Below are positions 1-11,100 of a stretch of 64,000 nt of DNA, one piece after another. The DNA is taken from the NCBI GenBank assembly GCA_046563655.1, contig CM102283.1, positions 8,060,001 through 8,124,000 on the forward strand, read 5' to 3'. The stretch's first letter is position 1. Each line of letters begins with the position of its first letter. The translations under genes and the position numbers were made by a program. This DNA is from Yuukianura sp. NJ FZ-2021 (taxonomy: Eukaryota). The notes under the pieces were generated by a model that was not told the origin of the DNA, ran no database searches, and saw only the letters and a program-made list of their open reading frames with translations.

Positions 1-56
1 CAAAACAAGAAACTACTGAAAAGAATGCCGAACAGCTGATGCTGGACAACGATTAA
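1..56 (+). CDS. Possible 3' end of an upstream gene cut by the window edge
   Basis: Frame 3 reads KQETTEKNAEQLMLDND then TAA (54-56), followed by AT-rich UTR-like sequence. Too short to identify. Confidence 0.3.
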   Translation, partial: KQETTEKNAEQLMLDND

Positions 57-519
57 ATATTAGAAGCTGTTTTAAATTACAAAAGTTTCCCGCCTTTATG
101 ATTTGTGTCATTGTGTCTCAATATGAATGTTCTGCTTTTGGCGGAATTTATGCACTAAAATTTATTCTACTACGCGCCGTATTCAAATATCAAACCAAAT
201 GTCCCCACCCTAAATTTCACCATCTTGATCTTATTGGTCCATTACGTTAATTGACAACTTAACTACTAATTAATTAATTAAAAACTCCTCCATCTCGTTG
301 TGGCTGGAATCTGCTTGTCGTTGTTGATTCAACTCTTATCATCTGTTCTGGAATCCGGATATTGCTATACACGGTAAACAGCTGACTAAAAGATAATCCT
401 TTGCAATTTCAATCCGCACTTTAAATGAAGAGAATTTAATTTTGAATTTATTAGTTTCACCAACTACGATTGGACGCTAGTTGAAACCTGTTCTCTACTC
501 GGATTGCTACTGTGGAACC

Positions 520-1032
520 ATGAAATTCCTCCATTTTGTTTTGATTCTGGTCATCTTCGTAACAGGATTTCAGAATTCAGTATCAGCTGATTCATTAGTA
601 AATGTTGACCGTGTTGCTCGGCAAGCTCCAGCTACCGAAGCTGCAGTGGAACCAAAACCTGCAGCAGTTCCTCAAGCCAAGAAGATGTCTTGGGAGAAAG
701 CGGTACACTTGAGTTTTTTTTTTATTTTCAACGTTTGAAAGTCGTAATCCTTGCTCTTTTCTGTATCGTAGAAACAGCAATACAACTTGGCAGATCCTGT
801 GAATGAAGACTACCCAGTAATTTTCAATATGATTTTATTCATCGCTGTTGCATTAGTTCTCGCACTGATAGCCATTTCCGGTAAGCATAGAACATTTGCA
901 ATTATTATAAATTAACCCCAAACGTTTACTGGATGCTTTTTCCTCATAGTTTCAATCGCTACAATGGATCCAGGAAGGGATTCTCTCATTTATAGAGTAA
1001 CATCAGGACAAAAGGCCAAGAAGGACAACTAA
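520..1032 (+). CDS. ATP6AP2: Miniature ATP6AP2/(pro)renin-receptor-like V-ATPase accessory protein, about 124 aa, 3 exons
   Basis: Exons 520-702, 772-880 and 950-1032 with phase-consistent GT-AG introns. Signal peptide MKFLHFVLILVIFVTG and an RVAR furin-like site, then YNLADPVNEDYPVIFNMILFIAVALVLALIAISVSIATMDPGRDSLIYRVTSGQKAKKDN. This matches the Renin_r C-terminus (YNLA..Y.V.FN..L-TM-MDPG.DS.IYR) with a KKxx tail. Confidence 0.85.
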
Positions 1033-1504
1033 TTCAAGGTTTTCAAGGGTTTGAAAGCCTACCGACATATGATCAGATATTAGCTTCGCATCTATCCTAC
1101 TAAAAAAGTAGTTAACTTTGCTCATCTAGTCTTGTTTAGTTTATCATTTGAGCACATACAGAGTCGGCAAGTTTCTACTCAAATTCCAACAAATTCTTCC
1201 TTCTTCCTCATAATGTTCCCAACCACGTCATAGCATAGCTGAATCAGAAATACACATTCCAACGGTTCTAGGTTCAATTTGTAATTTATCGTAGTAAAAT
1301 AGTAAGTTGAGAGAAATACAAAGTTTTTACAAAACAATACTTTATTAGCATCACCAATATTTACAAGTCATTTCCCAGGAAGAAATTGATAATAACTTAA
1401 TTTCCCCTGTTTCCACCCCGAAAATCCTGAATTCCCGTCTAGAATTTTTAATTTAAGAAAATACTACACCTTTTGGTAAATGATGAATGTTTAGTGCAGA
1501 AATT

Positions 1505-4500
1505 TTAGTGAGAGTAGGCAAAGTTGGGGCCTTGGTAGTTGAAGGAATAGGCTGCTGGATGGGCAGCGGTGTAAGTCGTTTTAACAACAGGGGTAGCAAC
1601 ATGTTTCACTGCTGGAACAGCCACTGGAACACGGGCAACTGCTGGTACGTGATGTTTGAACAGAGCTGGTTGTTGAACAATTTTACGGTGAATCTTGGTT
1701 GCAGGTTCCTGGACTTCAATTTCCTGGACAGTTTCAATTGGTCGAGTCACTACAATACGTCTCGTGGTGATTCGTTCTCCTCCCTGAAGTTGTGGATCTC
1801 CAAGAGCATCGGCTACCTAAACTCACCAAGTTTCGTAAAATCTCAACAATCTTTACCAAATTTTTCGAAAATTTCCGATTTCTAAAATTTTTCTGATGTT
1901 ACCTGCAGGACTGAAGCAGAATCGGCTGGGGATCCATCTTTGTTCAGGATTTCCGTGACAGTGCCGCCCTTGGCAGTGAGCAGTTCCAAAAGTCGGTTTT
2001 GGAGAGCAATGGGCATGTCAGGGGTGATGGTCAGTCCTTGTCCGTTGTCTTGAGGTCCTTGTGGAGCCGTTGGTGGTGCTGGTTGTTGCGGCTGATCTTG
2101 TGGAGCTGGAGCTGGAGCCGGTTGCTCTGGAATCGGCTGTGGTTCGGCTGGAGTCGGAATGTCATCTCGGCCAGTTGCTTCTACAACTTCCGTATCAGCA
2201 TCAACAGCTTGACGGAGTTGTGGGCGTGGTTGCGGTTGCGGCTGGGGTGCTGGAGGTGCTGGAGCAGCACTTCTTGGGGCAGCCGCTTGTGGTCCTGTGG
2301 GTGGTTGTGCTTCAGGGATTGGTGCTGGGGCGGCACTTCGAGCTCCGAAGCCTCCATTAAGAATTTGGGCGTTTCCTCCATCTAGAATTCGTCGGCTGGC
2401 TCCATATCGCACAACAGGCGCAACATGTTGGAATTTGGTTGCAGTCAACACAGCAGGTCCCTGATACAAATCAAAACGTGCGTGATTTACTTTACTCCTG
2501 GGAATTAATTGAATTAATTAGGTTAAACTATGAAATGCAATTATTTTTTTGATTTGCAGTGCACTTCACCTTGAAGCCCTACCCTGTTGCTCCAATTAGC
2601 TACTGGGTGTGGCCGATTAGAAAGGTTAGTGATATCCCATAAATCATAAAACGCCTCTAACTAATTCCTACCTAGATTACCGTAAAACTTCTAATACTAG
2701 GCGACGATCTGCAACAACCTCCAGTTCAGCAATAAACCGATTCGGGTGAGTTTAACTCAGGCCGAGAAAGAAACGTCTGGGGTAAACGTTGAAATTTTGA
2801 AAAACGCCCAGACGTTTTGCGTTTACGAGAAGTTTTACGGTAATTCGTGGTATGATGAGATTTCAAAGATAACGTTAACGTTGAGATGATTTATAAATTT
2901 GTTGAGCAATTTTTAATCTAATTGGGGTTAAGTGGCTGAGGGGAAGCTTGTTTGATTGGATTTTCGGCTACGTTTGAATAATTGCTGACTGGCAACGAAA
3001 AAAATCAGCTCAATGGCTGAGGGCGTAGCAATTGAAAGTTGTCAATCGACTTTTTAGTAAGCTTTTCTTTTCTTACAACTAAAGAGTAGTCCAAATGAAA
3101 TCAAATCAAACTGTCAATTACTTTTTGAACAACAACCTTGTCCCCGTCACTAACTTTTTCACAAGGTCAGAGCAAGTTTGACGTTTAGCCGATTTGTTTG
3201 TTCTCCTCAATCAAGAAAACGAGAGCATTAATTATGAAATTCCAATTTCAATCAACTCTTGTTTTTGTGTGCGTTTAGATGACACTGCAATTTGGATTCT
3301 AAGGACGCAACTAACATGATGACGAAGGTTTGCCTCAAGGGTTGTAAACAACAAAATAGTTTTTTCTTCAACAGGTTAGGCAATAACTCAAACTCTTTAA
3401 ATTTGGTTAAAAACTTAGCAAAACTTGGTTCACCGTGCCTTCCTACGGCACGGTGTGTGTAATCAAATGGGATTGGAGGAATTTTGGAGGAGAAAATTGT
3501 TTGAAGCGAAAACAGGACTTATTGCCTAACCTGTTAAAGGAAAGTTAAATTCCGTTGCTATAGGAACCTTGGTTTACCTGCTGCTCTTTGGCAATTGGTT
3601 GGCTCAATTCCAAAGTGGCTGAACCGGCCGGACGGACGATGACACGGTGCTCAATGTCGTAAAATTCCTTGCGCAGAGCGGGACGTCGAACTTTGACTTT
3701 TCGGGTTGACACTGCTGGTTGGTGGACATCAACTTCTTGCTGAGTGTAGCCTTGTGAGTAGGCCAACTTCGTCACTGGCACATCAGCCACTCCGGGAACT
3801 TTAGTGAGGACGGGCGTGGCTGCATAACCGATCTGAAAAAAATAAGGTCAACAACATGTTCACTGCGACCTTCATTTTCACACTTCTCGTTTTGATACTA
3901 GTAATGCAATTTACACATTTTCAATAGGAAAACGACAACGTTTTGGGTTTTGTGAACACGCTAAGTCATTTTCGTAATGCAAACGTTATTTTTTGCAACT
4001 TCAACGTTTTTTTTTCAGTCACCTGCTGATGTGCTGCATATGTTGGAGCAGCATAGTAATACGGAAACTAGTTGTTTGGATATAAAATTTTTCAGAATTT
4101 TACATTTTACATAATCTTACATAATTTTGCATTAAAAGGCCTATATGCATTTTGACCAGGAAAAATACTTACCTGATGATGCTTCTGGACGAGTGGTGCG
4201 ACTGGAGCTACTGGAACAGCGGCGACTGGAGCTGGACCGTATTCGACAGCTCTGTGATACTGGAGTGGTGCTGGTGCTGGGGCAGCAGCAAGTACTTGTG
4301 GTTGGTGGGCATAAGCAAATTGTGCTGGCTGTGCTGGAAGTGGAGCTGGAGCTGCTGAGTATGCGTACTGCGGCTGTTCAACTGGTTGCGGCTGCTCTTG
4401 TGCGATTGGTTGAGGTTCGGCAGCAGCAAGCGGTTGCGGGCCTTCGATTGGCTGTTGTTGAGGTTGGGGAAATGATTCCGGTTGTTGCTGAAACTAAACG

Positions 4501-4906
4501 TTAGCATTGTTTTGAAATACTAAAGTTAAATTTAACAATTCATGCTCTAAAGTTTTAAAGCTAAAGCTAACTTTCAAATTCTAGTGCGCATGTTCAAGAA
4601 AGGCAAAAATTATGACTGCATTTCTTCAAATCAGAAACGTTAAGCTAGTTTGATCACCGGAATGTAACGAATTTACTAAAGTGCACTTTGAAAGTATTTT
4701 TTTTGAATGATGAAATTTTTGAAACTTCATCATTCTTTGATATTTAATTGATGAAATTTTGAAATTAAAAATTTCGGTCTTACTTGGAAGTTGTTTGCAA
4801 ATCCGGCTCCAGTGAGGGTGACTCCGGCCGGGCTGCCGAACGGTAGTCGTACTTCAACTTGCGCTTGGCCCAGCGCCAAGACGCTGAGTACTACTAAAAT
4901 TTTCAT
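1505..4906 (-). CDS. Secreted Pro/Ala/Gln/Val-rich low-complexity cuticle-type structural protein, about 537 aa, 6 exons
   Basis: Exons 4906-4784, 4493-4173, 4067-4023, 3832-3578, 2460-1903 and 1816-1505, all joined by phase-0 GT-AG introns. Signal peptide MKILVVLSVLALGQA, AAP/VAP/YAA motifs and a His/Tyr-rich C-terminus (AAHPAAYSFNYQGPNFAYSH). No R&R chitin-binding consensus recognised. Confidence 0.8.
3370..3535. repeat. Intronic inverted repeat with 17-bp perfect arms and an inner 9-bp hairpin
   Basis: AACAGGTTAGGCAATAA (3370-3386) pairs with TTATTGCCTAACCTGTT (3519-3535). Inner CACCGTGCC/GGCACGGTG at 3431-3455. Confidence 0.8.
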
Positions 4907-4994
4907 AATTTTAATTTTTTTTTTGAAACGGGAAAGCTCTACTTTAAAACTGAAAACTGAAGTAATTGGACGTTGGGCTGATGACGGAGCCTTT

Positions 4995-5001
4995 ATTTAT
5001 A
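4995..5001 (-). promoter_or_regulatory. TATA box of the cuticle-type gene
   Basis: TATAAAT on the minus strand about 90 bp upstream of the ATG at 4906. TCAGT Inr-like motifs lie near 4950-4960. Confidence 0.55.
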
Positions 5002-8000
5002 CTTGGCTGACCAGGATCAAAAAGAAGTGACCAAGCGGACATTAGAGCTTCCATTCTCCAAGTTGCATTTTTGTGTAACCCACCCCTTGAGGAGGAGCAC
5101 TTGCAGCACCACAAGTACCTACAACTGATACAGTTATGTCAGATCAATTGTTGTGCTTAAAGAAGTGACCAAGCCCAGGGAAGGAACAATGCAAGACAAA
5201 TGAGCAACTGCCTCCATTGTTACGACCATTACTCTCCTTCCTGTTGTTCACAGCATAAATTAAATGAGACGAATATACCGTAAAGTTTCAAATAATATCC
5301 CTGTGCCAAATACAACACGTTTCTGTTACTACCCTACCAGGTAGTACCAACCCTCTACGGGAATACCGTAAATCTCCAAGTTTACTGAGGGATTGTAACT
5401 TTAACTCGTCACATTTTCGGTGATTCATTCTCTGGGTTGTACTGTAATTAGAACGTTTACGGTAAATGAGACGCTCCTCTCAACCAACCAATCAGAGCGA
5501 GATGCTAAAACATGGGATTTTCTGTAATTCCGAGACTACATAATTAGCACCCTTGTGCTAGTATTTGGAAATTTACGGTATCTCTTAAAGAAATAGATGA
5601 CGACCTTCTACCGCTCTGCAGGACGTTTGCGCAGACTCTCTACTAAGGTAAAGATACAATTTAATTTATTTGATTTATTTACCTTGTTACAAATAATGTT
5701 TAAAACCCACTTACCTTTCAATTTTCCATCTTTAATTTGAGAATTGATATAAAACAACTCCCTACCCTGACATCGACATCGACACCCAAATCTTGCCCTT
5801 GGACCTTCTAATGCCCAAGACCAAAGTGGACACGACCAACAAACAACAAACGAAATGCAAAAACAACATTTTAGCACAACGGGATCCGCCCTGTGCACAG
5901 AAATATCAATTTTAGTTACGTTGGATCATATTTGGAAATCGGATCTCTCGGTAGGAGGGAAAAGGCTTTGGATATCCAATGTCAGTTGAATTGCAAAATT
6001 ACATAACCTAAAAATGCATCGGATGTCAAAATTGGTCATCAGTGTTGAGCAATTTTTGGACCAAAATGTTACGAAACCGTATTCGGTCAAAATTGTTACG
6101 AAAATACCGAATTTTTAGCATTTTTAACAAAATTGTTGCTGAAAAGTCTCACGACGCCCCAAGCCGCAGGAGTAGTCAACCCTAACCTATAGTTGTTTTT
6201 TGCGCGTGCGTAGAATCTGGTTATCTTTTGATGATAAACAATTCAGTTGATTTAGTAAACTTAGCTTAAGGATTGTTTTTGTTTATGATTGATTATGTTG
6301 CATTGGAATTAATTAATAGAAGACCACTGTTAACTGACACACCCTAAATTCCACCCCCGTCATTTGATTTAATTTTTGATTTTGATTTGAAACTTGAGAC
6401 ATAAATTGAACGAAGTGACGAAAGAGAGCCCTTCATTTGTGCCCTTAAAAGGCCCTCTTTGTTTAACGTCTTTTGAACAAGACAATAATAACGTAGGCGG
6501 AAAACCTAACTTAACTGCTCCAATTAATTAAAAAGGCCAAGTACTATACTTAGACCTTACGAAACTTCAATGCTAAAATGCATCTCTTGACTGTCATTAT
6601 CAAAGATGAACTGAATAATTTAATATTCGAGTTCAAAATTTTCCAAAAGACCAATTTCCCAAAATTTTAATATCATTTGAAATTCAAAAGAAAAGTTTTT
6701 AGCACAGAGAAGGAGAACAATCCACTTAAATTTCTGCTGGCTGAGAACAAAAGTGAAAATTATTTCTGCTTTCTTTGTTCTAAATTTTCCGGAATCTGGA
6801 TTGAACAGTTCAAGGCCACTTTTTGAATAACCAAAACTCATTTTCGGAAAAACTGGTCTCCAAAATTGGATTCCATTTTTAGAAAAGTTGTGTTGATCGG
6901 AACCTTATGACGCACCTAATTTGGAAATGAAAACTAAAAATACAATGTAAGTTGCACCTTGAACAATTAAAATCACCGTTTACGGAACCTTCAAAAGTCA
7001 AATTGAGTTTGACACGATTAGAAATTGCATCCGCATACTTTTGGAAGTATTGTATACTTGTGAAGTATATTGAATTGTTAGAATTATACTTTATTCATTC
7101 AGGAGGAGAATAATAGATTTTTGATGATGATTGAGTAAATTCTAATTCTAGGCTTTAGATTATAGGAAAGTGATTATGGTAAACTTAACTTTTGTTAGAA
7201 GTGGTTTTAGAGGCCAAGTCATTTTCCCTAAGGCTCCTAAAAGTTCCTTACACCCTTAATCCAATCATTTCAATACACGGAAATCCTTTCACACATTCAC
7301 ACCAAAAAAAAAGTTACAACTTACACCAAGAAAAAAACTTAATAGTTACACCCATAAAGTTACAAGTTACACCAACTGCACCAAAATTACACAAAAAGTT
7401 ACAGTTCCATAATTTAGTGTTTAGTTCTAATTTAGATGAAATCACTTTTCCAATTTTTTTGCACTCTAACCAAAATTCTAAAATCAAAATTTTTTAAAGA
7501 ATATCACTTATACCCTCAAATTTTTTGTTTTTCTTTATAATTATGACGGCGAGGCAAAAAAAAATTGAGACAATTGTTTCGAAAAAACACGAAAATTGAA
7601 TCCATTACACGCAGGAATTTCCACGTTTACACAAAAACTACAGCAGAAAAGTTTAAATTCTACAAATAATTAAATTCTACAAAAAATTCTACCAAAATTT
7701 GAAAAAAGAAAAGCTTTTTTTCTTACCCCCAGAAGCAAACTAACCGTATAACTCCAAAAAGCTTATAAAATAAGTTTTTGCAAAATTTTGAGAAATATTA
7801 GTGTTAAATTCCTGTTCCACACCCTTGCTCTCCTACTTTCAAATTTAAATTATACTCAAAGCTTGAAATTCAAAAATGCATTTTTTCTCTCATTTCATTT
7901 ATCTTTAGCTTCTAAACAACTTTTTCGTATTTTTTGTTTTAAATAGGATAGTAAAAGCTAAAAGTTGACCTCCATCACCAGTGTAGTTGTGTACCAATAA

Positions 8001-8104
8001 TTCACATTCACTCATCATGTATATTTCTCCCTTGGTTGTCTAATCCACTAGTAAATGTTATGACGATTCTTCATAGATCATTGATCCGAAGTAGAAAAAT
8101 GTAT

Positions 8105-11100
8105 TTATGAGAGTGGCTTGTCATCTTCTACCGGAGAAGCAACTGGAGTCGGCGTTCCATTCGGTTTCCCTCCAGCATCACCTTGACCTCCCGTAGCCTC
8201 ACGCAACGCTTCATCAAAACTCTGCACCGAGCCTGACCGCGAACCGCCCACCTTCGTCTGAAAAATTCAAAAAAGCGGTTTAGAACATTCCAAATTCGTT
8301 TCCAAAAACTAATTGAATTTGTGTATAAAAGCGTGTGTGTCGTTGAACGTCATTGCTCAATTCAATTCCAAGTCACAGCATGCGCCAACCGATCGTACTC
8401 TCCATTTCAATTGAAATTCGAAAACGCCCGCCCTTTTAGGCTTTTACTAAATAATTGAACAAATAACAAAAGCTTATGGACTCCTGGATCCCAGGCAGCA
8501 TTAAGCACCAGCATCACGCAGCGACATGACAGACACAGAACAATTCCGTAATTGAATCAAGCTCGATACATGAACTGCCTAACTCAAAACTGAAAACCGA
8601 TCTAGCGAAGCTTGAAGCTGAGCGGCTGGTTCCATACTAATGAGATCCCTCTAGAAATACTGGATATACTGGCAGTATTGGATAAACTTTATGAAGCCAT
8701 TTTACCATGTACTAAGAAAGTCGTGCATCGTCAGCAGTAAACTACTGTACTAAAGTGCAGTAATAGAAAGGAAACACGTTTCCTGAAACTCCCTTGTTTC
8801 TTTCCAGGTCTGAGCGACGTTTTTACAAATGACGGGACGCGGGAGTTTTTAAAATCCGTTGAACCGATATCCGTTCCTTACATTTACCTTGACGCTGGAA
8901 ACGGCTGACGAAACTCTCTCTTCCATGGATCGAAACGAATCCGTATTTTTGAGTGCACCAATTTTTTGACTCATCGCAGACCCGATTCCGCCCAGAAGCG
9001 ACGTCGTCTTCTCCGCAGTAGCTTTGATAGCAGACTCAGTCTTCTGGTACCTGCAAATCAAATCAAACAAAACAAACAATTAAATTTTATTAAATTATTA
9101 AATTAAATTATTTAGTTACAGTTAGCAGAATGTTCTTAGCAACCGGTACACTCAAAATCCGACATTCATTCGGTCTGAACCGATTGATTTCGTTCGAAAT
9201 CGTTACATACGCCATATCGTTGAGCTGCACTTGATCCATCACACTCCCTGCATGTCACATTGATCGAAATACATAAAAGAAGTACAAGTAAAGCCATCGG
9301 TCCAAGCTGTCACTTTGGACGGAAATGGACACATAGCCTCTGACACACCACATGTCACCATACTATAGACGTCGATCTCATCAAAACGAAGAGTGGCACT
9401 TTAACCCCCATTGCTTTCAGAAAAAGCACTATGGCCACTGCCGCTACTCAAGTGAATCCTAATGACCTCACGCCTCGACTGTTTCACCTAATGAACAAAT
9501 ATCCCCAATTCCAGTCATATCGAAGCTTTCCCAGTACTCCAGTACTCGTCCAGTCTTTCAGCACTCTCTCCAGTACTCCACAACACCCGCAAATACTCCA
9601 GACCTCCCTCCAGTACTCCAGAACTACGCTTTCCCAATTTTTTTCAACCAACCAATCAAACAGGACAAAAAAAAATGATTGAAACCTGCTTTCCAAAAGT
9701 GAAACTGAAACTACCGACTGCTTTTTGAGCACAGAAGGCCAAATTTTAGTTTTAGTGGCACAACTCATCCGAATGATTTGCAGCTTCCCCGTAAGTGCAA
9801 AAACTGTTTGGCAGTCTTAAAAGCATCCACAAATTCCAGATCCGTTCCAAATCCACATCACTTTTACTTTGGATATTATCAAATATGCAAAAAGTCCACA
9901 GCATGCAGGAGCACTTTAGATTGAATTTGATGTCTTCTACAAAGTAAAACCACACTAAAGAGAATCCCCTGGCGCATCATTATTCAACCAAAGGACAGAG
10001 TTACTCAGGAACTCATTAACTCTTATGTCAAAGTCTCCTTTCAGCCTTTGTTTGCCGACAATATCATCAAGAACTCCTGAATTGTAAAACAAACTTCTCC
10101 GGGAAAAGCATAAAGTAAAGAAACACAAAGTGGAGGAGACTCCAGAAATAATTTTGGGAGAAAGAAAACAAAGCAAAAAAGAAAAAAAACGAAAGAAAGA
10201 AAATTAAACTTTCTGGGAAGCATAGCAAGGTAATTTTTCTTTATATAAAAAGTTTTTTAAAGTTTTTTTTCCTAATGAAAGTCAAAATTTTTTGTAAATC
10301 TTTCACCTTCTGTTTAACTTTTCATACAGTGCTGCCACATTGTTTAAAACTTCAGCTTCTCAATTTCGTAACTTTTTCGAAAAAAAAGATTCTCATAAGA
10401 TTTTCAACTTTAATTACACGTATTAAAAGTTCTAACTTTAATTACATGTACTAAGATCATCTAAAACACATCTCATCCTTCATCTTCAAAGTTTTTGACA
10501 TCCCAAAAAAAAATTAGGCCTCAAATTTTGAAATTTTCCTCCAAAAATCAATATCCATAAACACAACTAAATTTCCTTTGATATACAAAATTATCATAAA
10601 GTAACCGCCTAACTTTGTTTGCTGGCCACAAGCCACCAGGAGAAAGTTTTCCAAAAAGTTTGTTTACACCACAAAAGTTTGTTTCATTTTCAAGGTTATG
10701 TTCAAATAGAAACATTTCACGTCAAATCCTTTCACATAACATAACTCCGCAGCAGAAAAATGAATGATGGATCGTCATAACTAAAACACACGTCGACATA
10801 ATATCGACTTTCTCTTTTTCCAAAATTCCAAACAGTTGAGTCAAAAACACTAACACATTTGCAGAGGCCACGGGCTTAACAACCACAAAACATGAAAGCA
10901 CAACTTTTTTCCAAACTAAAATAAACTTTTATCAAACTTTCATAATTTTGTTTTCTCTAGTTAGAGTAAAAAATGTAAACTCATGAAGTGTAGTACAAGA
11001 CTCGAAAGTTGAAAGTTAGAAGTAGTAATTATAACGCTAATCCAATTTTACTCAAAACCAAGAGAAAAGAGCCGCTTTCTCTCTTAATCTCTCTAAGCTC

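Noticed and set aside
1487-2385. Plus-strand ORFs of 99-132 aa (1487-1885, 1999-2385, 2061-2360), and likewise 4145-4504
   Set aside because: Antisense shadows of the low-complexity cuticle-gene exons.
2560-2624. Plus-strand exon-like segment (TTTGCAG ... AAG|GTTAGT) inside the cuticle-gene intron
   Set aside because: No partner exons or recognisable product; may be chance splice-like motifs.
4166-4176. ATACTTACCTG, identical to the 5' end of U1 snRNA
   Set aside because: It is the reverse complement of a consensus splice donor (CAG|GTAAGTAT); no U1 body follows.
7290-7400. Short AAGTTACAC/TTACACCAA repeats, and CCAGTACT repeats near 9530-9620
   Set aside because: Irregular low-complexity UTR or intron sequence; no constant repeat-spacer period, so not CRISPR-like or a satellite.
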